Of a stretch of 34,674 nucleotides of DNA, positions 8,914-17,570 are shown in pieces; within the stretch, counting starts at the first letter, position 1; each line of letters starts with the position of its first letter. Source of the DNA: Solirubrobacterales bacterium (GTDB taxonomy: Bacteria > Actinomycetota > Thermoleophilia > Solirubrobacterales > 70-9). A model generated the notes under the pieces. That model ran no database searches. It saw nothing but the letters and a program-made list of their open reading frames with translations, and was not told the origin of the DNA. The translations under genes were made by a program, and so were the position numbers. The stretch covers positions 1 to 34,674 of the forward strand of contig JBOGZB010000207.1 in NCBI GenBank assembly GCA_050697175.1. Direction: 5' to 3'.

Positions 8914-9681
8914 TCAATCCTCAAACGGGGCAAAACGGACCGCCAGCGGAGCGCCGCAACGTGCCAGAAGGGCGAATCGTCCGCCTGGAACGGCGTTCGC
9001 CTCGGCCCGCATCATCGAGGCGAGGTCGCTCTTGAAGCCGGTGCCGCGGGGATGGCGGCGGACGATCTCGCTCACGTTCGCGGGATCGATGTCGCAAATC
9101 CGGAGCCCGGCGCCATCGACCATCGCCCCCCACTGGAGATAGCACCCGAGCGGGCCGTCGCGATCGACGCGGATGCCGGGCGTGGTGTGAACGCAGATCG
9201 CATCGGCCATCGCTTCGCCCAGTTCGCGGGCCACTCCAGCCTCGGTCGCGCAGGCGATGGTGCGCTCCGCGCCGCCCAGCGTGAAGTCGCGTCCCTGGAT
9301 CGGCTGCGCTATTCCGTAGTCGTGGAGGAGGGACGCGCAGTAGAAGAGCTCACGGTCGAGCTCGACGCGATCGACCGCGGCCAGCGCATGTCCGAACATC
9401 CAGGTCCGGTACGAATGCCCCGCGATCGAGGCGGGCTGCTCAGCACACGCGGCCTCGGCGTCGCGCGCCAGCCGAGAATCCGGGGGCTCGAAGGTGCCGA
9501 TGTCGATCTCGCGGGCACCAGCCGGCAGCCTTCCCAGCGCCAGCTTGACCCGCCCCAGCATGTTGTCCACCTGGCCCTTGGCGATCTCTCCGATCAGTCG
9601 CGCGCGCTCGGCTCTGGTCAGGCGGCCCTCGGTCCGCCGGGCCCAGGCGAGCCCGCCGAGGCGTTCGCCGTCCGGGTTCAC
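8914..9681 (-). CDS. HD-domain metal-dependent phosphohydrolase
   Basis: GHSYRTWMFGHALA...ASLLHDYG supplies the H...HD signature. 255 aa. Confidence 0.8.
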   Translation of the reverse strand: MNPDGERLGGLAWARRTEGRLTRAERARLIGEIAKGQVDNMLGRVKLALGRLPAGAREIDIGTFEPPDSRLARDAEAACAEQPASIAGHSYRTWMFGHALAAVDRVELDRELFYCASLLHDYGIAQPIQGRDFTLGGAERTIACATEAGVARELGEAMADAICVHTTPGIRVDRDGPLGCYLQWGAMVDGAGLRICDIDPANVSEIVRRHPRGTGFKSDLASMMRAEANAVPGGRFALLARCGAPLAVRFAPFED

Positions 9682-9699
9682 GCGGGCTCCGTGAGGCAG

Positions 9700-9786
9700 C
9701 GGAGCGGGAGGGATTCGAACCCCCGGGCCCTTGCGGGCCGGCTGCTTTCAAGGCAGCTGCAATAAGCCAGGCTCTGCCACCGCTCC
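9700..9786 (-). tRNA. tRNA-Ser (anticodon TGA, reads UCA), class II with long variable arm
   Basis: Minus strand folds by hand as: GGAGCGG TG GCA GAGCCTGGCTTAT TGC A GCTGC CTTGAAA GCAGC CGGCCCGCAAGGGCCCG GGGGG TTCGAAT CCCTC CCGCTCC G. All stems pair. No encoded CCA. Confidence 0.9.
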
Positions 9787-9847
9787 ATGGTTGGATCGAG
9801 CCTAGACCGTCGCGCCCCCCGAAAGCCCGCGGAATAGGCTTGCCGCG

Positions 9848-11155
9848 ATGGAGCACGAGTGGCGCAACTGGACCGGCGACCAGGTGTGCACGCCGGAGGT
9901 GATCCACGGGCCGAGAACCCGCGACGGGCTGATCTACGCGGTTCGCAGCGCCGCCGAGGACGGCCTCGCGATTCGCGCTTCGGGCTCCGGGCACTCGTTC
10001 ACCGGCGCGGCGCTCACCGACGGGGCGATGGTCCGGATCGGGGCGCTCAACCGGATCCTCGACCTCGACCGCGAGTCGGGGCTGGTCAAGGTCGAGGCGG
10101 GCATCACCCTCGCCGACCTTGGCGCGGCACTGTGGCGGCACGGCCTCGCGATGGAGAATCTCGGTGACATCGACGAGCAGACCCTCGCCGGCGCGATCTC
10201 GACCGCGACCCACGGGACCGGGGCCGGCTTTCGAAACCTCTCGGCCCAGGTCCTGGCGCTCGAGCTGGTCCTGGACGATGGCAGCGTGATCGAGGTCTCC
10301 GAGCGATCCAACCGAGCCGTGTTTCAGGCCGCCCGGGTCGGACTCGGCGTGCTCGGGATCATCTATTCGGTCACCCTCCGCGCGGTGCCGGCGTTCACGA
10401 TGGAGAGGATCGACGCGCCGAAGCCGCTCGAGTGGACCCTCTCGAGCATCGACGAGCTCGCCGCCCGCAACGAGCACTTCGAGTTCTACGTCTTCCCGCA
10501 TACCGACACGGCGCTGGTCATCGAGCGCAATCGGACCGAGGGCCCGCCCAGGCCCCGCGGCCGCGCCGAGGCTTTCCTGAACGAGATCCTGATCGAGAAC
10601 TACGGCATGGACCTGCTGTCGCGGATCGGCCGAAGCGTCCCGTCGTCGATCCCCCGCCTGGCGGGATTCGCGGCCGATCGGTTCTCGAGCTCTCGGCGCA
10701 CCGATCGCAGCTACCGGATCTTCGCCTCCAAGCGCCTCGTCCGCTTCACCGAGATGGAGTACGCGATCCCGCGCCGCCATGGCGCGGAGGCGGTGCGCAA
10801 GGTGCTCGCGCTGCTTCGCAGCGGAAGGTTCCCGGTCGGCTTTCCGATCGAGTTCCGGCTCGCGGCGTCCGACAACGCCTTCCTGAGCACCGCCCACGAG
10901 CGTGAGACCGCTTATGTCGCCGTCCACCAGTACCGGGGTGCGCCGTGGGAGTCCTACTTCCGCGCGGTCGAGGAGATCATGGACTCCTACGAGGGCCGTC
11001 CCCATTGGGGAAAGCGCCACTTCCAGACCGCGGAGACGCTTGCCCCTCGCTACCCGCGCTGGCGCGACTTCCAGCGGGTACGGCGCCGGCTCGACCCCGA
11101 CGGCCGCTTCTCGAACCCCTACACCGACCGCGTTCTCGGGCCGGTGGACGCCTAG
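9848..11155 (+). CDS. FAD-linked D-arabinono-1,4-lactone / L-gulonolactone oxidase family oxidoreductase
   Basis: N-terminus WRNWTGDQVCTPEVIHGPRTRDGLIYAV...IRASGSGHSF (PCMH FAD-binding domain with a His in GSGHS). C-terminal ALO-type block GRPHWGKRH...RFSNPY. Confidence 0.85.
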   Translation: MEHEWRNWTGDQVCTPEVIHGPRTRDGLIYAVRSAAEDGLAIRASGSGHSFTGAALTDGAMVRIGALNRILDLDRESGLVKVEAGITLADLGAALWRHGLAMENLGDIDEQTLAGAISTATHGTGAGFRNLSAQVLALELVLDDGSVIEVSERSNRAVFQAARVGLGVLGIIYSVTLRAVPAFTMERIDAPKPLEWTLSSIDELAARNEHFEFYVFPHTDTALVIERNRTEGPPRPRGRAEAFLNEILIENYGMDLLSRIGRSVPSSIPRLAGFAADRFSSSRRTDRSYRIFASKRLVRFTEMEYAIPRRHGAEAVRKVLALLRSGRFPVGFPIEFRLAASDNAFLSTAHERETAYVAVHQYRGAPWESYFRAVEEIMDSYEGRPHWGKRHFQTAETLAPRYPRWRDFQRVRRRLDPDGRFSNPYTDRVLGPVDA

Positions 11156-12423
11156 GCCCGAAGATCCGGCGACACGGAGGCCGTCAGGTCGAGCAGTCCC
11201 TCGACGGCGTCACCCGCGGCCGGCGCTCCGCCGGCGGCTTCGAACGCCGCGGCGATCCGCTCGGCCTCGGGTCGGCGGGCCATCGCATCCAGCACCTTGC
11301 GCCGCAGCCTCTTCGCGTTCAGCCGCGAGGCCGGAAGCCGGCTGCCGGCCCCGCTGACCTGGACCCTCCGGGCGACCTCGAGCTGGTCACGGCCGAACGG
11401 CACCGCGCAGACGGGCACGCTCGCGGCGAGCGCCTTCTGCGTCACTCCCATCCCGCCATGGGTGACCGCGCACGCGGCTCGCTTCAGCAGGGGCCCGTGC
11501 GGAACGAAGCGCTCCACCCGGGCGTTGGCCGGAACCCGCGCCCGCGGAAGGTCCGCTGCGGGCAGCGTCGCCACCACCGTCAGGTCCTCCCCAGCCAGCG
11601 CCTCCAGCGCCACCTCGACCAGCCGGCCGTCGTCCTGAAACTCCGACGAGGTGCTGACGAGCACGATCGGTTCCTCGAGCTCACCCAGCCAGACGGGTTC
11701 CTCGGCCGGAGGATCCCAGCTCATCGGCCCGACCATGCGGACGTTCGCCGGCCAGTCCGAGCGCGGGTACTCGAACGGCTCCGCCGTGAGGTAGAGGAGG
11801 AGCGGCGGGGCGGCGAACATCTCGGCGGTGCCGCTGAACGGAGGCAGGTCAAGGCGCGCCCGAATGGGATCGAGCGACTTCCCCACCAGCCGCTCCGCTG
11901 ATCCGACGAACAGCCGGCTCAAGGCAGCGTCGCGCAGGCGACCGAGCGGGCCGCGGGCGGGTCGCAGGCCCGGCCCGAACGGCGGCGCGTCGCGCGAGGG
12001 GATCGGCAGCGGGTAAGGGCACCAGATCGCCCAGGGAAGGCCGCTCGACTCCGCGACCGCGGCGGCGCCCCACGTCTGCACGTCGATCAGCAGGAGATCC
12101 GGCTGCGCCTCATCGATCGCTCGTTCGAGATCCGCGACCTCGTACTCCGCCCTGGCTCCGAAGATCCCGACGCTTCGCTTGAAGGCCCCCTGGGGGGCGC
12201 GGGCCTTCCAGTCATCGAGGTCGATCGCCTCGATCTCGGGTGAGATCGGCTCGGCCTCGAACCCCCGCGCGCGAAGCAGGCCGAGCTGTGATGGCAGGGT
12301 CCTGACCGAGACGCGATCGCCTCGGCGGGCAAGCTCGTCGAGGATCGGAACCAGAGGAAACAGGTGCCCGCGGGCCGGCGAGGTGTAGGCGAGGACGGAG
12401 CTCACAGCCCTACAGGAAAGCAT
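11152..12423 (-). CDS. GT1 family glycosyltransferase (MGT/UDP-glycosyltransferase-like)
   Basis: N-terminus VLAYTSPARGHLFPLVPILDELARRGD. C-terminal donor-binding block THGGMGVTQKALAASVPVCAVPFGRDQ. The start is uncertain (ATG 12468, ATG 12423 or GTG 12405); the later ones reduce overlap with the upstream gene. The stop overlaps the oxidase stop (CTAG at 11152-11155). Confidence 0.8.
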   Translation of the reverse strand: MLSCRAVSSVLAYTSPARGHLFPLVPILDELARRGDRVSVRTLPSQLGLLRARGFEAEPISPEIEAIDLDDWKARAPQGAFKRSVGIFGARAEYEVADLERAIDEAQPDLLLIDVQTWGAAAVAESSGLPWAIWCPYPLPIPSRDAPPFGPGLRPARGPLGRLRDAALSRLFVGSAERLVGKSLDPIRARLDLPPFSGTAEMFAAPPLLLYLTAEPFEYPRSDWPANVRMVGPMSWDPPAEEPVWLGELEEPIVLVSTSSEFQDDGRLVEVALEALAGEDLTVVATLPAADLPRARVPANARVERFVPHGPLLKRAACAVTHGGMGVTQKALAASVPVCAVPFGRDQLEVARRVQVSGAGSRLPASRLNAKRLRRKVLDAMARRPEAERIAAAFEAAGGAPAAGDAVEGLLDLTASVSPDLRA

Positions 12424-13702
12424 GGCCCTCGCCCCGGTAGGTCGGGACCTGGTCGACGATCCGGTCACCCTGGACCAGGTAGAGGGAGCCGAAGCGCTCG
12501 CACAGCTCGCCCGCCTTGGCGTGGCGCATGTAGACGCGATCGCCGATCCGTAGCCGCCGAGCGCCCACCCCCCCGAGCGGGGTCTGCACCTCGCCGGCGC
12601 CCTCCTGCCGATCGAGGTGCAGGCCCTCCGGCAGGTAGGGCCGTGGGAGCCGGTCGCCTCCAGCCGCCCCGGAGGCGGGGTACCCGCCGCCCAGCGCGGT
12701 CACGACGGTCGGGCTCGGGCGGCGAACCACGGGGAGGACGAAGAACGCCGCCGGGGTGAGGTCCAGGGAGCGGTAGTCGTCGAACAGGGTCGGTGCATAG
12801 AACCCCGATCCGGCGGTCACCTCGGTCACCGTCCCCTGGGCGGCGGTTCGCGCCACGCTGCCGGTTCCGCCCCCGTTCACGAACTCGAGCTCGGCCACCT
12901 CGCCGACCGCCCGGACGAGCAGTGGCAGCCGGCGGCGGATCTCGCGCTCGGATGCGGCCTGCATCCAGCGGATGGCCGCGCTCCTCAGCGGCCTGCCCGG
13001 CACCCGATCGCCCACCCCGGCGATCTGGGCGTCGTAGGCCATCACGCCGGCCAGCCGGGTGCCCGGCCTCTCGGAGATCTCGGCCGCCATCTCCCGGGCC
13101 TGGGCCGGGGTTCTGACCGGGGAGCGCTTCGGGCCGATCCGCGCCAGCCTGCCCCGCCCTGGCCACCAGCCCAGGTCGAGGTCGAGACAGACCCGCAGCT
13201 GCCCGCCGCCCCGGTGGATCGCCGACTCGATCAGGTCGAGGTGGGGAGGGGAGTCGACCATCGGGACCGGCGCGCGCTCGGGATCCCGCGAGGCCAGCTC
13301 GACCAGCTCGGCGAGCGCGGTCCGATCCGCGGTCGGGTATGCCACGACGACGTCGCCGAATCCCTCGGCGGCGAGCCACAGCGCCTCGGGGAGCGTGTAG
13401 GCGAGGATGCCGCGAAAGGCCGGGTCGAGCTCGCCGATCAGTCGCAGGATCGCGGTCGATCGGACCGACTTCGAGGCCACCCGGATCGGCGATCCCGCCG
13501 CCTGGCCGAGCATGAAACGGGCGTTCGACCGCAGGGCGTCGAGATCCACGAACGCGAACGGCGGCTCGACCGATTCAAAGATCCCCTCGTAGCGGGCCAG
13601 GAGCGCCCCCCGCTCAACCCCCGCGGAGGACCTGGGAAGAGTGGTCTCGGTCGCGCTCACCGCGGCGCGAGCGTATCGGCTGGCCCGTGCCCCGGCGCGC
13701 AT
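12410..13702 (-). CDS. PLP-dependent alanine-racemase-fold enzyme (D-amino-acid deaminase/aldolase, DSD1-like)
   Basis: FAFVDLDALRSNARFMLGQAAGSPIRVASKSVRS (candidate PLP Lys in a TIM-barrel N-domain). 430 aa. The start may be internal. Confidence 0.75.
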   Translation of the reverse strand: MRAGARASRYARAAVSATETTLPRSSAGVERGALLARYEGIFESVEPPFAFVDLDALRSNARFMLGQAAGSPIRVASKSVRSTAILRLIGELDPAFRGILAYTLPEALWLAAEGFGDVVVAYPTADRTALAELVELASRDPERAPVPMVDSPPHLDLIESAIHRGGGQLRVCLDLDLGWWPGRGRLARIGPKRSPVRTPAQAREMAAEISERPGTRLAGVMAYDAQIAGVGDRVPGRPLRSAAIRWMQAASEREIRRRLPLLVRAVGEVAELEFVNGGGTGSVARTAAQGTVTEVTAGSGFYAPTLFDDYRSLDLTPAAFFVLPVVRRPSPTVVTALGGGYPASGAAGGDRLPRPYLPEGLHLDRQEGAGEVQTPLGGVGARRLRIGDRVYMRHAKAGELCERFGSLYLVQGDRIVDQVPTYRGEGHAFL

Positions 13703-13745
13703 CGCGGCGCTCGCCGCTACTTCCTAGAATCGTGGGCCGCGCCCC

Positions 13746-13834
13746 GGAGAGGTGGCCGAGTGGCTGAAGGCACTCGCCTGCTAAGCGAGTAGGGGGCGAA
13801 AGCTCTCTCGAGGGTTCGAATCCCTCCCTCTCCG
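13746..13834 (+). tRNA. tRNA-Ser (anticodon GCT), class II
   Basis: Folds by hand as: GGAGAGG TG GCC GAGTGGCTGAA GGC A CTCGC CTGCTAA GCGAG TAGGGGGCGAAAGCTCTCTC GAGGG TTCGAAT CCCTC CCTCTCC G. No encoded CCA. Confidence 0.9.
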
Positions 13835-13884
13835 TGCAGGAGCAGCCGCGGCCGATCGTCGGTCGCGACAATGGCTCTGTTCGG

Positions 13885-14808
13885 ATGAAACCCAACTCCC
13901 GGATCGTCGCGGTGGGGGCAGCCGCCGTGCTGCTGGTCGCCTGCATTGTCGCCGGATGGGCGCTGCTGTCGGATCGGGATTCCGACCCGGGTGGCGCCCC
14001 GATCACCGTGACCGTCTCGCCGAGTGGCGGCGGGCGGCCTCCACAGGCGAACGTCTCGCCCTCCGGGGCTCATCCCGGGTCTTCGCCGGGCCCTGGCCAC
14101 CCGGTGCCGCGGGCCACGGAGCCCGCTCGATCAGGCCCGTCGGCGGCGCGTCCGCCGAGTGGATCGGCTAACCGGCGGTCCGGGTCGGCCCGTCCCTACA
14201 GGCTCGCGCACGATGGACAGCAGCTCGTCTCGGTTCGCCGGGGCGCCCGCGTCCCGCTGCGCACATCGCCGGGCGGCAAGGTCGTCAAGACCCTTGGCGC
14301 ACGCACGCCGTTCGGGTCACCGACGGTGCTCGCCTTGTTCGCTCGGCGCGGAGCCTGGGCGGGGGTCCCGACCCCGCTCCTTCCCGACGGCCGTCTCGGC
14401 TGGGTGAAGCTCGACCGCTCGCGCCTTCGCCCCGGGTGGACGCGCTACTCGATCGACGTCAACGTCTCCTCGGAGGTGGCGCGGCTGCGGCTCGCCGGGC
14501 GGGACGTCCGCTCGTTCAACGTCACCGTCGGCGCTCCGGCATCGCCCACCCCGACCGGCCGGTTCGCGATCACCGACACGTTTCGAGGCGGCCTCAACCC
14601 CGCCTACGGATGCTGCGCCCTGGCGACCAGCGCAACCCAGTCCAACCTGCCGTCGGGCTGGCTTGGGGGCAACCGGATCGCGATCCACGGGACGACCGGC
14701 CCGGTCGGTGGCGCGCTCTCACACGGCTGCATCAGGGGCTCTGACTCCGACGTCGGCGCGCTGGTCCGGCGGGTCGGCCCGGGGACGCCGGTCGTGATCC
14801 ACCAGTAG
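13885..14808 (+). CDS. L,D-transpeptidase (YkuD domain) with N-terminal membrane anchor
   Basis: ATG at 13885 (MKPNSRIVAVGAAAVLLVACIVAGWALL), then a Pro/Ser/Gly-rich linker. Catalytic signature IAIHGTTGPVGGALSHGCIRG. Confidence 0.85.
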   Translation: MKPNSRIVAVGAAAVLLVACIVAGWALLSDRDSDPGGAPITVTVSPSGGGRPPQANVSPSGAHPGSSPGPGHPVPRATEPARSGPSAARPPSGSANRRSGSARPYRLAHDGQQLVSVRRGARVPLRTSPGGKVVKTLGARTPFGSPTVLALFARRGAWAGVPTPLLPDGRLGWVKLDRSRLRPGWTRYSIDVNVSSEVARLRLAGRDVRSFNVTVGAPASPTPTGRFAITDTFRGGLNPAYGCCALATSATQSNLPSGWLGGNRIAIHGTTGPVGGALSHGCIRGSDSDVGALVRRVGPGTPVVIHQ

Positions 14809-14837
14809 GGCCGGCGGGCCGCTCGCCGCCCCGGCCC
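14808..14837. terminator. GC hairpin filling the convergent spacer
   Basis: GGGCCGG...CCGGCCC (7 bp) plus an inner 3 bp. Lies exactly between the two convergent stops. Confidence 0.3.
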
Positions 14838-15629
14838 TCAGCCCCCCGCCGTCTGCGGCTCCCACTTGAAGGATCGCGCTGCGACCACCGCGCTGCCCAC
14901 CGCCCACAGGGCCAGCACCGCGACGTTGTCCGCGGTCAGCCCCGTCCCGGACGAGACCCCAAAGCTGATCTGAAGGCCCTCGGCGAGGTGGAAAAGCGGG
15001 AAGACGCGTCCGACGTCCTGAAGCCAGGTCGGCAGGGTGTCGATCGGGATGAAGACGCTCGAGATGAAGGAGAGGATCACCGCGGGGAAGGGGCCGATCG
15101 CGGCCGCGGCGTCGGCATTCGGGGCGAAGGTGCTCACGGCGATCCCGAGCGCGCACAGCGTCGCGCTGCCGAGCGCCGCGTTGACGACCAGGCCGATGAT
15201 CGCGGTCCCGTGGATGTTCACGCCGTAGAGGATCGCCCCCAGCGCGAGCAGGATGGCCATCATCAATGCCACGAGCACCATCGACCGCAGGACCAGCGAG
15301 GCGATGAAGGTCCACGACGGCACCGGGGTGCCGCGGTAGCGCTTCAGCTGGCCACTCTCCCGCTGTGCGGTGAGCGAGATGACCAGGGTGCTGAAGCAGT
15401 TCAGCATGATCGCGTAGGCCATCAGGCCGGCGGTGAAGTAGGTGTGGAGGTCGAGCGTGATCCCTCCGACGTCGACGGGCTTGGCCTGGCTCCCCGAGGC
15501 GAAGATCGAGTTGAAGAGCAGCAGGAAGACGATCGGGAACATGATCGAGAAGACCAGCGCCCGGGGGTTGCGCCTCGTGGTCTTGAGCCCGTAGTAGGTC
15601 TGGCGGGCAACCAAGGCCAGGTCACCCAT
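14838..15629 (-). CDS. ABC-2 type transporter permease
   Basis: 263 aa with six hydrophobic segments. Overlaps the upstream ATPase gene by 8 nt (15622-15629). Confidence 0.85.
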   Translation of the reverse strand: MGDLALVARQTYYGLKTTRRNPRALVFSIMFPIVFLLLFNSIFASGSQAKPVDVGGITLDLHTYFTAGLMAYAIMLNCFSTLVISLTAQRESGQLKRYRGTPVPSWTFIASLVLRSMVLVALMMAILLALGAILYGVNIHGTAIIGLVVNAALGSATLCALGIAVSTFAPNADAAAAIGPFPAVILSFISSVFIPIDTLPTWLQDVGRVFPLFHLAEGLQISFGVSSGTGLTADNVAVLALWAVGSAVVAARSFKWEPQTAGG

Positions 15630-16569
15630 CGCGGCCCCCTTCGGCCGGCGGGTCGTCGGAGGTGGTCAGCTCGAGGAAGATGTCCTCGAGGCTCGGACGG
15701 ACGGCCTCCAGGCCGTCGAGCTCGATCCCGCGCTCCTCGGCCCACCCGGTCAGCCGGTGGAGCGGCCGCTGGGGGCTGTCCACCTTGAGCGTCGCCACCC
15801 CGCCGGCGAGCTCGACGGGCGTCTCCACGACCGCGCGGACGTCGTCGACCGACACCTCGGCGGGAAGGCGGAAGCGGATCACCGTCTGCGCGCGCGTCCC
15901 GGCCCCGATCTCCTCGAGGTCCCCGACCGCGACCAGCTCGCCGCGCCGCAGGATCGCCACCCGGTCGGCGAGGTGCTGGGCCTCGTCCATATAGTGGGTG
16001 GTCAGGAAGATCGTCTTGCCGAGCTCATTGAGTCCCTCGATCATGTTCCACGCATCGCGCCTCGCTGAGGGGTCGAACCCGGTCGTCGGCTCGTCGAGGA
16101 AGACCAGCTCCGGATCGCCGATGATCCCCACCGCCACGTCAACCCGACGTCGCTGGCCGCCCGAGAGCGTCCCCACCCGCGCGTCGCGTTGCTCGACCAG
16201 TCCGACGAGCCGGATCGTCTCGTCGACGGGCCGAGGAGACGGGTAGAAGCCGGAGAACAGCGTGACCAGCTCCCGGACGGTCAGCGCCGGATCGAGCTCG
16301 CACTCCTGAAGCACCAGCCCGATCCGCTCGCGCCATTGCCGGGTCGGCTCTCCCGGGTCGACTCCCAGCACCGATGCCTCGCCGCCGGTCCGCTTTCGAT
16401 AGCCCTCCAGGATCTCGATCGTCGTCGTCTTTCCGGCCCCGTTCGGCCCCAGGAACCCGAACACCTCGCCGGCCGCCACCTCGAAGCTGATTCCTCTTAC
16501 GGCTTCGTGCCGGCCGTAGCGCATTCGGAGCTGGTCGACCGAGATCACTGTTCCGTTGCCGGTGCCCAT
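15622..16569 (-). CDS. ABC transporter ATP-binding protein (DrrA/ABC-2 exporter type)
   Basis: Walker A GPNGAGKTT, signature LSGGQRRR, Walker B LVFLDEPTTGFD. Confidence 0.92.
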   Translation of the reverse strand: MGTGNGTVISVDQLRMRYGRHEAVRGISFEVAAGEVFGFLGPNGAGKTTTIEILEGYRKRTGGEASVLGVDPGEPTRQWRERIGLVLQECELDPALTVRELVTLFSGFYPSPRPVDETIRLVGLVEQRDARVGTLSGGQRRRVDVAVGIIGDPELVFLDEPTTGFDPSARRDAWNMIEGLNELGKTIFLTTHYMDEAQHLADRVAILRRGELVAVGDLEEIGAGTRAQTVIRFRLPAEVSVDDVRAVVETPVELAGGVATLKVDSPQRPLHRLTGWAEERGIELDGLEAVRPSLEDIFLELTTSDDPPAEGGRDG

Positions 16570-16613
16570 CAGCTCTTCGGCGGAAGCTAGCGAGCGGCCG
16601 GCCGGTCGCGGCG

Positions 16614-17552
16614 CTACGTCTTGAGGACGACCTTGCCGGTGGCGCGGCGCTCGTCGAGCTCGCGGAGCGCGACGGCGCCATCCTCGAGCGGATGGACCGA
16701 CCCGACCAGGGGCCGGACCTTGCCGTTGCGAACCAGCTCGCCGAGCCGCTCGATCGCATTCGGGATCCCGGTCGGGTCGGAGGCCAGGGCGCCGAACGAG
16801 CAGCCACGCACGTCGACGTTTCGAAGCAGCAGGCGGTTGACCCGTATCTCGGGGATCTCTCCCGACGTGAACCCGACCACGACGATCCGTCCCTCCGGCG
16901 CCAGCGAGCGCAGGCTCTCCTTGAAGCGCTCGGTGCAGCCGACCGGGTCGACGATCAGATCGACCGGCTCGGCGAGCTGCGAGCGGAAGTCCTCGCCGAT
17001 CGCCACCGAGTCGGCCCCGGCCTGACGGGCGATCGCCGCCTTCTCGTCGCTGGAGACGGCGCCGACGACCCGCGCGCCGAGCGCCTTCGCCACCTGCACC
17101 GTCGCCGTGCCGACCCCGCCCGCCGCGCCGTGGACTAGCACCGTCTCGCCCGCCTCGAGCCCGCCGCGGCGCTGGAGCGCCGCCAGCGCCGTCAGGTAGT
17201 TGAGCGGCAGGGCCGCGCCCTCCTCGTGGCTGAGCTCGTTCGGAAGCCGGAAGGTGGCTTCGGGCAGCGCCGCGAGCTGCTCGGCGTGTGCCCCGAGGCT
17301 CAGCGTCATGACACGGTCTCCGACCGCGAACGGGCTGTCCGCCGGGGCGCGGATCACGTCACCGGCGGCCTCCCATCCGAGCGTGAACGGAAGCTCCTGG
17401 CGCACCTGGTACTGCCCTCGGGTCATCAAGAGGTCGGGAAACGACACACCCGCGGCCCGGACCGCGATCACGAGCTCGGCGTCAGGCTCCGGAAGGTCGA
17501 CCACCGAGACCGCGTCCGGCCCATCCTCCGTCGTCACCTGAAGGCCCCGCAT
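16614..17552 (-). CDS. NADPH:quinone oxidoreductase / zeta-crystallin-like MDR family
   Basis: RAAGVSFPDLLMTRGQYQ and the nucleotide-binding stretch VLVHGAAGGVGTATVQVAKALGARV. Confidence 0.85.
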   Translation of the reverse strand: MRGLQVTTEDGPDAVSVVDLPEPDAELVIAVRAAGVSFPDLLMTRGQYQVRQELPFTLGWEAAGDVIRAPADSPFAVGDRVMTLSLGAHAEQLAALPEATFRLPNELSHEEGAALPLNYLTALAALQRRGGLEAGETVLVHGAAGGVGTATVQVAKALGARVVGAVSSDEKAAIARQAGADSVAIGEDFRSQLAEPVDLIVDPVGCTERFKESLRSLAPEGRIVVVGFTSGEIPEIRVNRLLLRNVDVRGCSFGALASDPTGIPNAIERLGELVRNGKVRPLVGSVHPLEDGAVALRELDERRATGKVVLKT

Positions 17553-17570
17553 CGCCTTACCCCCCCTGCG

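Noticed and set aside
9700-9786. A tRNA with TGA in the anticodon loop considered as tRNA-Sec.
   Set aside because: The anticodon is 5'-TGA-3' (reads UCA, Ser), not TCA. The acceptor stem is 7 bp and the fold is a standard class II Ser tRNA.
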